Positions 21,206-32,900 of a DNA stretch of 64,000 bases are shown here, in pieces. The stretch covers positions 1-64,000 of the IMG/VR virus record IMGVR_UViG_3300031951_000017. One strand, 5' to 3'. This DNA comes from a virus. Within the stretch, counting starts at the first letter, position 1, and every line of letters begins with the position of its first letter. Position numbers and translations under genes: made by a program. A model generated the notes under the pieces. That model saw nothing but the letters and a program-made list of their open reading frames with translations, ran no database searches and had not been told where the DNA came from.

Positions 21206-22210
21206 TTATCTATTTTTTGGTTTGTTTTTTTCTTTTCTCGTTAGTTTCATAAAAGGTTGGATAAAATATGTCCATCCGTTATCTCCTTTTGGGAGATACT
21301 TGAATAGTCCATCTTCGACCATAAATTTGATTAAGTTTTTATAACTCCGACCCTCAATATCCAATCTTTCTTCATATAAACTTTTGACTTGTTCTTTGTC
21401 TTCATCATTTAATAGTGGTTCTGATAAATCCACAATTTGTCGATTAATTTCAAAGTATTCTTGTTCGTATATTCCTGACTTTGTTTTACCTGTTAGTAAA
21501 TTTTTTAAAGTTTGACTATCTTTTTGTTCTTTTAAGAGTTCCTCACCCTTTTTCAAAATATCGTCAAAAGAAACTGGTTTATCAAGTATCTCAGGAAAAA
21601 ATTTTACTAGAGTTTTTTCACCCAAAAGGTATATCCCTTCAATATTATCTGATTTATCACCAATTAATATCTTCAAAGTTAACACATTATAGTGTGGAAA
21701 CTCAAAATCATCAAATTTAATTTTATCACCATTTTTGTAGGTGACTTTAAGATTTGGGAGATATTGTGATACTTTCTCAGAAATCAATTGAGTTAGGTCT
21801 CTATCTGCCGAAAATATCAGTTTGTTTTCATTTTCAGAAATTTGACAATAATAAGCAATTAAATCGTCAGCTTCTCTACCAGGAATTTCAATTTGTCTTA
21901 CGTAAATTTCTTCAAGATATTGTTTAATACGATTACGTTGTTTTAAATAGGATTCATGAATCCCATCCTCCATTTCAAATTTACGATTTTGTTTATATTT
22001 GGGATAGATAGTTTCTCTAAGTCCCCTAGAGTCTTCTCCATCCCAAAATACAATTACTTTATCAAAATTTTGTTCATCTACAAACCTCCTGATAGTGTTT
22101 AAAAAGTGATATACTGCACCAATGTGTTCACCATTATTGAAGTAGTCTTTAACACCATGAAATCCGATTTTGAAGAGGTTGTTACCATCTATTAATAAAG
22201 TTTTTTTCAC
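21206..22210 (-). CDS. 5'-3' exonuclease / RNase H (T4 rnh, PolI N-terminal-like flap nuclease)
   Basis: TLLIDGNN, VFWDG, YKQNR, EADDLIA, SADRDLTQL, GDKSDNIEGI...GEKT. Start moved from the track's 22288 to GTG at 22210 (VKKTLL), which removes the overlap with the MTase. Confidence 0.9.
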   Translation of the reverse strand: MKKTLLIDGNNLFKIGFHGVKDYFNNGEHIGAVYHFLNTIRRFVDEQNFDKVIVFWDGEDSRGLRETIYPKYKQNRKFEMEDGIHESYLKQRNRIKQYLEEIYVRQIEIPGREADDLIAYYCQISENENKLIFSADRDLTQLISEKVSQYLPNLKVTYKNGDKIKFDDFEFPHYNVLTLKILIGDKSDNIEGIYLLGEKTLVKFFPEILDKPVSFDDILKKGEELLKEQKDSQTLKNLLTGKTKSGIYEQEYFEINRQIVDLSEPLLNDEDKEQVKSLYEERLDIEGRSYKNLIKFMVEDGLFKYLPKGDNGWTYFIQPFMKLTRKEKNKPKNR

Positions 22211-22221
22211 TTTTAAGTTTT

Positions 22222-23205
22222 TTAGTTGTTTGTAACCATATACTCTTGAAAGAATTGTTTGAAGATTTCTTCCATAACCGGAACACATATTGAATTACCT
22301 GCAAGTGCTACGTGATTTTTAGTACTAATACTTGTTGATAATAATTTTTCAATATCCTCTTCCCTTACACCCATAAATCGGTAACCTTCACGTGCTGTAA
22401 TATTTCTTACTCTACCATCTCTAGTCATAATTTGTGGTGAACCACTGGTAGTTAAACAAGGTGAACAACCATCAATAGAGTAGATACGTCTAGCTTGGTC
22501 ATATTTTACATCATTTCGTCTAGCGATTAACCTACAAGTAGATTGTTTTTTTGGTTCATTAATCTCATATTCACAATCAATGAATAGGGATTCATCGACG
22601 TTTTCAGTCTCCACAAAATCCTTCATAGGTATATGAGTTTTTTTGTTTTCTAAAACTCTTCTCATTTTGATTTCAACTTCTTCATTAGTTTCACCAAAAA
22701 CTGACATCATAAAAACTCTTTCTCTGTTCTGTGGACACCCATAATCAGCACCATTTAACATCAACCAAGAACATCCATACCCTATTGAATTTAGATAAGT
22801 TATATGGTCTTCAAAATTTTTAATGTGGTTTTTAGAAATTAAATTTTTTACATTCTCCATCAAAAGGAACTTTGGTTGGTTTTTACTTAGAATTCTTTCA
22901 ACTTCATATAATAATCCACTTCTAGTACCTTTTTGAATTCCTTTTTGTATTCCTGAAATTGAGATATCTTGACAGGGAAATGAATAGGTTAAAAAATCAC
23001 ATTGTGGGAACGTGTTTTCATCAACCTTAGTAACATCGCCTAAATTACCAATAGTCGTAGTGTGTATTGAGTCATAAGCAATATTTGCAGTATTTAAAAT
23101 ATCACAATTTGCTATAGTCTCAAAATTAACCCCAATGTATTTAAGGGCCAATTCTTGAGTGCCATAACCTGAAAATAATGATATTACTTTTAATTTATTA
23201 TTCAT
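22222..23205 (-). CDS. DNA (cytosine-5)-methyltransferase
   Basis: 327 aa; motif I LFSGYG, motif IV FPCQ, motif VI ENV, motif VIII QNRERVF, motif X AGNSI. Confidence 0.93.
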   Translation of the reverse strand: MNNKLKVISLFSGYGTQELALKYIGVNFETIANCDILNTANIAYDSIHTTTIGNLGDVTKVDENTFPQCDFLTYSFPCQDISISGIQKGIQKGTRSGLLYEVERILSKNQPKFLLMENVKNLISKNHIKNFEDHITYLNSIGYGCSWLMLNGADYGCPQNRERVFMMSVFGETNEEVEIKMRRVLENKKTHIPMKDFVETENVDESLFIDCEYEINEPKKQSTCRLIARRNDVKYDQARRIYSIDGCSPCLTTSGSPQIMTRDGRVRNITAREGYRFMGVREEDIEKLLSTSISTKNHVALAGNSICVPVMEEIFKQFFQEYMVTNN

Positions 23206-23232
23206 TTAATTTAAAAATCTTTATCTTTATTA

Positions 23233-24234
23233 TCAAAAATTTTCTGAGTCGTCGTTTTGGAAAATTTCTTCTGTCTCATCTAAGATAATTTCTCCAGTTC
23301 CTGAAAGAATTGCGTTCCAATATTGGGAATACTCTTTTTTGTATTTTTCAAGAGCGTCTTTATCGTCAGCAATATATCCTTGTGGTGTTGCAATAATCTT
23401 ACCGTCTTTATATCCTAGTCCATTGATGTGGTTCTTTAAAACTGATATTTTAGTTCGGATAGCGTAAGATACTGTTCTACCATTTTTAGTTGCCGTAATG
23501 TGATTAATACCAGCATTTTTCTGATTACCGAATAAGAATACAAGTGCTGATGCTAACCACATTGCCTCCCCACCTTTAGCTTTAATTGTTGGTTGTCCAA
23601 ATGGATTATCCGGTAATTCAACCCAAGGTTGATTAACAACAACCATAGTATTAGTATAAGGATAATCTTCTTTACGTGATTTAGTAATACGGGCTTGGAT
23701 ACCCATACCGATTTTGTCCGCTAATACGGATGCGTTATGTTGTTTTCCACCTTTACCATCAAAAGTCATTTTACAAGGGATTGAACCAACCGAATCCCAA
23801 AGGAAACAAAGTGAATATGGGATATTACCTTTTTCCTGTTCATCTAAAAGTTCGTTAATATAATCAGTAACTTGTTCAATATAGTCAAAATTATCGTTAA
23901 ATAAAAATTGACCATCCCACTCCCCATCTACCATTTGAGCTTGTAACCCCAATTCTATGGCGTGTTCCCACGACCATTTTTTTTCAGTAATAATGAAAAC
24001 GGGTAAATGCCCCTTCTTCTGTGCCGATACAGCAGCTTTAACAAGAGCTGTGGTTTTCGAAGAGTTCGAATGACCGAGGAACATATTGATGTTACCCAAA
24101 GCAGGACCAGGTAAACCACAAGCACTGTGGAACGCTTCATCCACTTCATAAAACTCCGTCTCTTTGTATTTAGTTTTTGTAGAATACTTGTTTTTGATTG
24201 CATCTAATGAGAATTCTTTTTTCTTTATTGCCAT
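23233..24234 (-). CDS. recA: RecA/UvsX-like recombinase
   Basis: 333 aa; Walker A-like GHSNSSKT, ITEKK, LWDSVG, VVVNQ, KGGEAM, KNH. Confidence 0.85.
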   Translation of the reverse strand: MAIKKKEFSLDAIKNKYSTKTKYKETEFYEVDEAFHSACGLPGPALGNINMFLGHSNSSKTTALVKAAVSAQKKGHLPVFIITEKKWSWEHAIELGLQAQMVDGEWDGQFLFNDNFDYIEQVTDYINELLDEQEKGNIPYSLCFLWDSVGSIPCKMTFDGKGGKQHNASVLADKIGMGIQARITKSRKEDYPYTNTMVVVNQPWVELPDNPFGQPTIKAKGGEAMWLASALVFLFGNQKNAGINHITATKNGRTVSYAIRTKISVLKNHINGLGYKDGKIIATPQGYIADDKDALEKYKKEYSQYWNAILSGTGEIILDETEEIFQNDDSENF

Positions 24235-24272
24235 AAATGTATATGCGTTTTAATTGTTAGTGTTAAAATAAT

Positions 24273-24312
24273 AAAGGAGGGACACTTGTATAGACAAAGT
24301 GCCCATCCTTTT
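24273..24312 (-). terminator. hairpin/terminator between the ParB-like gene and recA
   Basis: Minus strand AAAGGATGGGCACTTTG-tctata-CAAGTGTCCCTCCTTT imperfect stem, then TATTATTTT. Confidence 0.65.
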
Positions 24313-24319
24313 AAACTTT

Positions 24320-25051
24320 TTAAGGAAATCTTAAATTGACTCTATCCTTTCTTTTGTAATTATAAATTTTTTCAACCAACTCAATATATGTATCTGATTT
24401 TATACAATTTACAAGGGATGTTGGTTGTTGTTGTAACTTAACAATAAACTCATCAAATTTGAACTCCTTATTACCCATTAATGTCATCATCGCATTAATA
24501 AACATAGTTCTTTTATAACCAGCATAAAATGGTCTAATCATTAACAACTTTTCCATAAAATCACATGCTCTTTCATAACTTTCAATTTTAAATTTTCCAT
24601 TTTTAAAATCATTAGTATATGACCTTTGGTGTTTCCATTTCAAAATTTTCTGAGAGTCTGAGTGATTCAAACTATATTTTTGTTTAAATTCTTTGTATTT
24701 AACATAATGTGGATTCTCTTGTTTTATAAAACATCTCAAATAATCGTCGTTTGTCCAATTTGTATTATTTGTGTTAAGTCTTTTCATTTCTTCCTCACCA
24801 TATCCATTAATTACAACATAGAATAATGGTAAATTAAGTTCTCTTATTGCATAATACCTATGTTGTCCGTCACAAATTTCGTTTTTTTCATTCACAGTTA
24901 TCAATGTAAATAAATAATCTTGTTTCATAGACTCAATCAACGATTTCACGTGAGTTTCATTTACTGGTCGATTTAAAGGATGAAACTTAAAAGTAGAATA
25001 ATCTGTAGTACAATTTATTGATGGTATTGTAATTGTATTATTTAAAATCAT
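24320..25051 (-). CDS. ParB/Srx-like (DGQHR) domain protein
   Basis: 243 aa; NRPVNETHVKSLIESMK...ITVNE...ICDGQHRYYA. Confidence 0.75.
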   Translation of the reverse strand: MILNNTITIPSINCTTDYSTFKFHPLNRPVNETHVKSLIESMKQDYLFTLITVNEKNEICDGQHRYYAIRELNLPLFYVVINGYGEEEMKRLNTNNTNWTNDDYLRCFIKQENPHYVKYKEFKQKYSLNHSDSQKILKWKHQRSYTNDFKNGKFKIESYERACDFMEKLLMIRPFYAGYKRTMFINAMMTLMGNKEFKFDEFIVKLQQQPTSLVNCIKSDTYIELVEKIYNYKRKDRVNLRFP

Positions 25052-25080
25052 AATTTTAATTATTTAAAAGTTAAACTAAA

Positions 25081-25117
25081 GAACTTGGACACCTTGTCTA
25101 AGTAGATGTCCAAGTTC
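25081..25117 (-). terminator. hairpin/terminator after the SSB gene
   Basis: Perfect 11-bp stem GAACTTGGACA/TGTCCAAGTTC with a 15-nt loop, followed by TTTAGTTT on the minus strand. Confidence 0.75.
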
Positions 25118-25123
25118 AATGAA

Positions 25124-25969
25124 TTAGAATGGTAAGTCACCATCAGGTTCAGCACCTTCTTGTGGGTCTGAATATGAACTAGAACCTCCACCCATACTCA
25201 TTTCTGCAGATTCACTATTACCATAAACATATCCACCTTTGTCCGAATCCCATCTTGGGGTTTCACCACGAGCAATCGCTTCAAGGTATTCAGTTGGTTT
25301 TTTAGAGTAAACATCTCTCCAAGTCAATTCATCATTAACCCAAGATTTACCTGTTACCTCGTCAGTGTGAATTGGGGTAGCATCATCATACATAACTGTT
25401 TGGATGATTGTATATTCCTTACCTTTTGGAGTTTTAGCTTTAGCTAATTCAATGATAAGGTCACGTCCTTTTTCAGGGTCAGTGATATCACCTTTTGCTT
25501 TCCAAATTGGGATGATTTTGTCAAGAACTCCTTCGTTCTTATAGTTGTGTTTGAAACGCCAGAACTTTGGTCCGTCCGCCTCGTTATCACGGTCAATTAC
25601 TTTAACGATGTAGAATTTACGTGCCTTATATTGTTTAGCAAGTTCCTTGTCGGAATCCTTACCTGTACTAATAAGTGCGTCGTGTACATCTGTTAGAGGT
25701 GACGCCTCGTTGTCGTTTTTACCTGGGTCATAGAATTTATTCCATTGACCACCTACCTGAATTTCATGGAACCATCCCTCAACAAAGGGTGAACTACCAT
25801 CTTTTGTAGGTAAAATTCTAATTCTCTTCTGAGCTGAAGATTGATTAGCTGGAAGGATTGCTGCGAAATACTTTTTCATTCGCTCTTCCTGCGTCATTTT
25901 GTTTGACGCACCGCCTGACTGTTTTGATTTTTCGTACTGTGCCAGAACTGAATCTAAGACTGATGACAT
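25124..25969 (-). CDS. single-stranded DNA-binding protein (T4 gp32-like)
   Basis: 281 aa; RIRILP...PF...H, GDITDPEKGRDLII, acidic tail ending DGDLPF. Confidence 0.85.
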   Translation of the reverse strand: MSSVLDSVLAQYEKSKQSGGASNKMTQEERMKKYFAAILPANQSSAQKRIRILPTKDGSSPFVEGWFHEIQVGGQWNKFYDPGKNDNEASPLTDVHDALISTGKDSDKELAKQYKARKFYIVKVIDRDNEADGPKFWRFKHNYKNEGVLDKIIPIWKAKGDITDPEKGRDLIIELAKAKTPKGKEYTIIQTVMYDDATPIHTDEVTGKSWVNDELTWRDVYSKKPTEYLEAIARGETPRWDSDKGGYVYGNSESAEMSMGGGSSSYSDPQEGAEPDGDLPF

Positions 25970-26002
25970 AAATTATAAGTTTTAAAAAGTTAATTATTAA
26001 AA

Positions 26003-26033
26003 CAAATATAATCTAAAATTCCAAAAAGTCAAA
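26003..26033 (-). promoter_or_regulatory. Bacteroidota housekeeping-sigma promoter for the SSB-recA-dnaB-nrd operon
   Basis: Minus strand TTTG-actttttggaattttagat(19 nt)-TATATTTG is an exact -33/-7 (TTTG / TAnnTTTG) consensus. Confidence 0.85.
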
Positions 26034-26723
26034 TTAGATTTTGTAAAAGTCCTCGTCACTAGTTGGTGGTGTGAACGTTTTTTTAATCTCCGTGGGTGAA
26101 AAATCTTCAACCTCATTAGATGTTAAAACGTACTCATTTTTACCTGACTTTTCCAAGTCCTCTTCCTTCTCATCAAAGAAATCAGTAAGTTTTTGATTAA
26201 ACGGATATGAATCCAAACTTCTTAATTCCAACTTTTCTTCAGGTGTTTTTGTACGATATTTTTCAATCTTTGTTTCCAACTGATTAATTTTATCAACAAT
26301 CTTGTCCATTTCTGACAATTTAGAAGTTAAATTCTCCAATTGACCGAATAATTGTCCAAAATAATCATCCTGTTTTGTCTGAGTTTCTTTTTGAGCATTT
26401 ACCAAATCAGTAATCTCTAATTCTTCAGTACCATCACCTTCTGGTTTAGACTCCATAGATTCTCCACTATCATCCACTTTTTCAACTTCAGTATCCGTAT
26501 TAACATCAACCACTTGTGGTTCTGCTGGTAGTGCTGTAGTAGCATCGGTAGTGGCCGCTGGTTCAGCCCCAATTGTAGGTTCAGCGGGAGGTGGAATTGT
26601 TGCTTCATCACCAGGAGCTGGAGGTAATGCTGCCGCATCTTGCTCATTTAAGTATTGATTAATACTTCTATATCTTTTAATTTCAGAGATAATTTTTTTA
26701 TCGATTGCCATTTTATTAACCAT
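26034..26723 (-). CDS. acidic Pro/Ala-rich coiled-coil protein, possible prohead core/internal head protein
   Basis: 229 aa; N-terminal IISE...YLNEQ followed by a low-complexity P/A/E linker and a coiled coil. Confidence 0.5.
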   Translation of the reverse strand: MVNKMAIDKKIISEIKRYRSINQYLNEQDAAALPPAPGDEATIPPPAEPTIGAEPAATTDATTALPAEPQVVDVNTDTEVEKVDDSGESMESKPEGDGTEELEITDLVNAQKETQTKQDDYFGQLFGQLENLTSKLSEMDKIVDKINQLETKIEKYRTKTPEEKLELRSLDSYPFNQKLTDFFDEKEEDLEKSGKNEYVLTSNEVEDFSPTEIKKTFTPPTSDEDFYKI

Positions 26724-26940
26724 TTAATAATCTTTTAATTCCATTCGGAGTTTCTACATTAACTTTTTTGTTAACATTCATAGTGTTGTCAACTCTTTCA
26801 ATGAGACCATCTTTCATTCTTACTGTGTAACAATCTCCACTATCTAAATCACACACTTCTTTAAACCCGTTTCCAGTGTCTTTTTCTGAATATCTTGTTC
26901 TTTTACCAAGATAATTATCTAAAATTAATTGCAAACTCAT
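26716..26940 (-). CDS. hypothetical protein
   Basis: 74 aa; preceded by TATTTAT and an A-rich leader; overlaps the next start. Confidence 0.65.
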   Translation of the reverse strand: MSLQLILDNYLGKRTRYSEKDTGNGFKEVCDLDSGDCYTVRMKDGLIERVDNTMNVNKKVNVETPNGIKRLLNG

Positions 26941-26978
26941 ACTCTTTTTTTTATATAAATATACAGATTATTATAAAA

Positions 26979-29900
26979 TTAAATTAAACCTATCGCTTTT
27001 GCCTCCAAATAGGCTTTTTTAACTATTTCTTTTACATTATTATAGTAATCAACATTTTTAGTTTTGAACTCTGAAAAACTCTGAGGAGTCATTCTATCCA
27101 ATTGACTCCAATAAACGTAGTATATCTCCAAAGATTTATCGATTGATGTTTCATCTATCTCATTCGCATTTGTTAAATTAAGTGTTAAAACTATATTTTT
27201 GTACTTAGAGTTCATCATTTGAAATGCTGTTGGTATTGAGGCAAAGACAGCATATGGGTAAGATTTACCATCAGAACCTTTTTGACAGAAATATGTTTTT
27301 TGTAATGATGTAATCAAAGGACCCCAATCACCTAATAAATCTGCATTTCCAATATTGTTATTGAAATATAAAAACTCAGAATTCTTGTATGATGTTAGGT
27401 AAGCGGTCAAGAACATCATCCATTTGGCAGCTCTGTTAGCCGAACCTGTACCTTCAATTGCAGTTTTAACCGATGTAATTGAAAGTGCCGCCCCTTGTAC
27501 CGCATTTGTTGGTTCAAATAATTGATATTTTTGATTAGTTGGTTTACAAGAATTTTGTGGTGCCGTTTCTCCAATTGGTTGGGAGGTTATTGGTGCGACA
27601 CTAGAGGACTGAGCATTTATTGTTGTTGTCGTAGTGACGGTATTAATTGAGCCACCATTTTCTGTTGATTCTTGTTTTCTCAATTCCAAAACTTCGTCTA
27701 AAATTTCTCTAACTGCTCCTTGTATATATGAATCAATCTTAGGGAAGACAAACATAGATTGTCTTGACCCAGTAAACCTAGTAGTAAAATTACCTGGGGT
27801 TATTGTGTGTTTGACACTCATAATCATATAAGTCCCATTAAACATCGGTACGTGTCTAAGATTAAAATACATAAGTGGTTGAATTACTGCATTACCGATA
27901 CATTCTACCGAACATTCGTAGTTCCTAGACTTATAGAAATTCCATAAAGAAGTATTTTGTGTCGTATACTTCTTACCTGACGCTTGGCTAACAACATTAT
28001 CTAAATGTTGTGCTGCTTCCAACGTTAATTTTGCAGCATTTTGTGATATATCAAATTTAGTGAAAATATTCTGATTTCTTATTCCAATATCAACATTAAA
28101 CCCAACAACTCTATTTGACCTAGCATAATCCACTTTTCCATTTAAAGTTTCTAATAGTGGATTATCCGAAGAACGACGTAATTCAAAACTATCTGAATTG
28201 TACTTATAGTCTTTATTATTACCCATATCCAAGTACTTACTTTGTCCATCCTGATAATAACATAAAAATTTAGTACGTGTCTTTCTCGTATCTACCGATA
28301 GAAAGGTTCCAAATAAATTATTACCAAACTCCAACGTCCCATCAACTTTAGGTGTTGTTTGGTCAGCAATTTCCTCAGCATTGTAAAAATTAATATAACC
28401 TGGAACTATCATGTGGTATAAATGATGTTCAGCTAAAATACTTGCTACAAATGTGTAAACACTACCGGACATATTAATACTATCAAATCTATTCTTTAAC
28501 TTGAATGGATTTATAATAATTTTGTCACCAATATTTCTATTAGCTCTGTCTAAAAATAAAAAGTCTTCAAATAATGTAGTCTCACTAAAATCACTTCCTG
28601 CTATCCAAGTGTCGTTAACTCCTTTAAAACCATCATATAGTTCTAATTTCATTTGTTCACCTTCATAACCTACTTTATTTGTATCCTCATTAACCTCGGA
28701 AACATTTGGAAGTTGGTTTCGTACTTTATTAAAGAAATAATCTAAACTAATATCCATATTTAATTTAGTGGTTCTTAAATAACTTCTAATATTATTCAAG
28801 AACTCAGGACCAATCCCTGACACACTAGGTGGGGTTTGTTGTTGTGATAAAGTTTGTGGAGTGTTAGTTTGATTGTATTGATTGGTATCAACAACATATT
28901 GTGGATTTTCAGGGTCATTACTTGTATTACCATAAACCGATATGATTGATTCATCAACTAATTGTTTAATTGTTATTTCAGAAGACACAAATTGTCCATC
29001 ATACTCTAATATACCTAAAGCATTTCTCATTTGTGCCTTTCTTCTCGAACCTGATTTTGTAATTGTAATTTCAGAACCATCTTTTAAAGTTGATTTTGCA
29101 ACTATGTTTGAAGGAGTATTTTGAGTAATATCAGTTATGGTCGGTGGTACTATTGGTGCGGTTTGTAGTGCTGGTGTCGGTGGGGCAACTTTATTATATT
29201 TTTGAGTTGCGTAAATTTTAATAAGTGGTGCCAACAATATTACATTATCTTCAGAAAATTCAATATTTAAATCGATAAAGAAATCAGTAATAAATGACCC
29301 ACTATTGGTATAATCCATATTAGGGATTGTTGAGAACCCGACGTATGTTTGTAAGGCTTTCCAAGCATTCGGGTTCTGTTCCTGTGATTGTTGTAAGGAT
29401 GGTGACCCTAAACTACTAGGTAATGAACCTGGTGTATACAGATTAAATGTGTATGGTTCTTCTATGTAAAATTCAGTTGTTTGAGCCAAACTATAGAACA
29501 ATTTTTTATCAAATTGTCCGGGGTTACCAATTTTTAATAATTTATCGTACAATAAGAATTTATTTAATTCAGGTAACAATTGGGCATCTTGTTTTAACAT
29601 TAAAGTTTTCAATAATGTTATTGGTTCAGGACTTGATGATGGTTGTAAACCAAATAAGTTTTTCATCAACAACTGAAAATTTTGTAAAGATGCATCAGGA
29701 GTATTCTGTAATTTATTAATTGTTTCTCTAACTATTACATTATTTTCATTCTTTAATATTGCAAACTCATATTGTGATTTAGAAAAATTTAAGAAATGAT
29801 TTTCCATTTCATCCAAATCTTGTTTACTAAAAACACCAAATAAATCTTCTATTGAGGAGTAATCCGTAAAATTAAATGCCATTTGGTTTTCTTGAGCCCT

Positions 29901-32900
29901 GTAAATACGTTTCATATATTGTAGAGGAGTTGGTTTTGATAGACTTGAATTATCAAAATACCCGAATTGGGAACTTGACCAGAACATTCTAACCGAACCA
30001 TTAAAAATAGCAGGGTTTCCAATTACAGGTATGCTTGCAATTGGGGTTTTACCAAAACAATCGTAATCAACTTGAGAGAAGTTAGACCCTAATGATGGTA
30101 CTAAATATTGTTTTCCATTTATTTTATCGGTAACTGTACACGCCCACCCCCTATATTGTAAAGCAGTATTTGGGTGTGTTGTGTCGTGAGTTTTTGTTTT
30201 ATTTAAATTAGTACCTACTAATGGTATCACATTAATGTCACCATTTTGAATTTTTTCATTAATTTCAGTATCAGTAAATGTTTGGAATATTGTTGTACCA
30301 TTAACAAATAAACTAATATCATTGATAAGTTTTGGATAAAATCCGACATTTATACACTCGGTTGATACTCCACTTAAACTTTTATTAGTCTGTAATTGTA
30401 TTGATTGTGGTACGTTGTTTATTGAAAAGACATAGTTTCTCGCAGGGTCATTAGTTATTGGGTCAAAACTAGAAACCGCATCAAAATCTTTCCAAACATC
30501 GTCAAGAAAATCGACTCCGGTATCAATAAATGTTTTATATCTATTCCAAACTGAACCAATTTTTAAAATAAAAGCATATGGTAATCTATGGACCCCACCA
30601 TATTTTTTCAAAGTTGCAAATATGTAATCAGAGTAGTTAGTAAAATTATTTTCAAAAGAAGTATACTTTTCACTTACATTTGAAATTGGTAATGAATTAA
30701 GGAATAGGTATGCCGCAGCAACAAAAGGAGTTTTTTCTCCACTTAACCAATTATTCACCCCTTTAGAAATTGCGTTAACAAAATAAGGTGTGTTAAAAAT
30801 TGATGTGTTTTGTTGTGGTGATAACTTACCTTGGTAGTCTTTATAAACTAATTTACCTTGTGTTGGGTATAATTCTCTTTCGTCTACTGGACTATCGTAA
30901 AAAGTATTGAATGTTGTTAATACGGGTTGTTTTGGTATTGTTGCAGTAACAAATTTATAGCTTGTAAATGGTCTATTTTGGTAAGCTTTAGTGTCAGGCG
31001 TGAAATTAGTCACTAAATTTTTACTCTGGTATAATTTAAGAACCGAATTAGTTTTCCACGAACTTTCAAAAGTTTGACCTTCACCATAAGCTAAACTACT
31101 AGAGTAAAAACTATTTATAGCTTGTGGGAAAACATCTAATAAATCAGTATTGGATGTATACTCGGCCCCCAAATAATCCACCATTATTTGTTGTGATGGT
31201 GGAACTTTTGTTATTACCGAACTATCAAAACTTTCAAAACTTTCAATTACAAAACTATCCGAGACTCTGTTTTGTAAGTAAGGTGTATTAAAAATACCTC
31301 TAATAAATTTTTGCCAACTTTCCCCAATACCATTGTTTGATATATTAGCAAGAAATGGGACATATATTGTAGAACTAAGATTGTATTGTTTCAGTTTTTG
31401 TGTAAGGTATGGTGACCCACCTGCTAAAGATTGTTGTAAATTCAAAAATTCAGCATCACCAACACAAGAATAACCCTGTGCTTTCATAAAATCACCACGA
31501 TTAAACCTTTGGTAATAAAAGGGAAGAATAAATCTTTCGTAAATTTCATAAAAAAACTTAACCTCTTCTTTGTTTGCAAAAACTAAATTTGTTAATGGGT
31601 AATCAATCGCATTAAAAGACGCTCTATTAATTACTTTTGAGTCGTCTCCTTGTGGGACTGGAATTTCTAATGGTTTATCAATCAACATCCTTCCTTTGAG
31701 GTACTCCTCAACAAATTCTACTTCAGGCCAATAAGCGTAGATATATCCTTTTGTCTTATTACTAACCGCAGGGTCTCCAGGGTATCTCATTTCAAATCGT
31801 TCACCTTTTTCAGTATTTGTTTCAACAAAATAATGAGGCCAAGGATAAACAGGTATAAGATTAGTACCTCCTTCTTGGACGGAGTCTTTAGCATCTGGGG
31901 ATGGTGCTGCAGTATCAGTACCTAAAACAGCCTCAAGTCTATATTTATTACTTCTTTGATTCCAAGCTGATTCATGTACATCCTCCATTAAACGTATGAA
32001 AGCTTCAGCACTTGCCATAATCACCGCAATCACATTAACTAGTGTTGGTTCAAACCCTAGGCCCGTATCACTACTTTGTATTTTTTCTTCAAGTGCTTTG
32101 TTTAACGCGTCATCAATTTCTTTTTTCTTCTCATCAACCTTCGCATTCAAACCTTTAATATAGGTATCGAAAGAATTATCTCCATCTATTTGGTAGGTGA
32201 CAATACTAGTTGTTTTTACTCCGTATTTTTCTAATTCAATTGTAATATCTTTTTTTTGACCACTTTCACCAGGTTTTGGAGCTTCTTGTGATGCTTGGTC
32301 TTGTTGTGATTGAGTACTAGTACCCCCACCTCCAGTTATGAGTCCTTGTACTTCACTCTTTAACTGATTGATACTTACAGAATTAAATTCAAGTTGTAAT
32401 TTTGATATTGTTATTTGTGTTGGTTCTTTACTATATCTTTGTCTATATGTCTCAGGAAAATCAATATCACTATCGGTAACAATTCTCAAAAATTTTTCAT
32501 AGTTAACCTGTTCTGCAGGATTGACAATTCTTGTAGATATAATCTTATTATTAACAATAACATTTCCAGGTAATAACCCAAACGTTGGGTTTTTCATCAT
32601 TTGGTCTTGGAACTTTTTTAATACCGTATCTAAAGATTGTAATGATTCAAGTATTCCCCCACCTACCGCATAATTTGGTTTTAGTTTATATACTTTCAAT
32701 CCTTTAGTTGTTACCCAAAACTCATTTTTTGTACAATACTTACCAAACCAACTATCTTCACCAGTGTAAGCCACTACTTCACCTTCATATTGTCTTAATA
32801 TTTCTCTAAAATTTTTAACTTCTGTTTGTGAACTTAAATCTTGTTTACCAAATGATTCAAGAACATATCTTTCCATAAATTCTAACTTGTTCATTAATTG

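Noticed and set aside
22211-22288. N-terminal 26 aa of the exonuclease as given by the track
   Set aside because: It overlaps the MTase 3' end; the family motif begins at VKKTLLIDG, and GTG 22210 has an A-rich leader.
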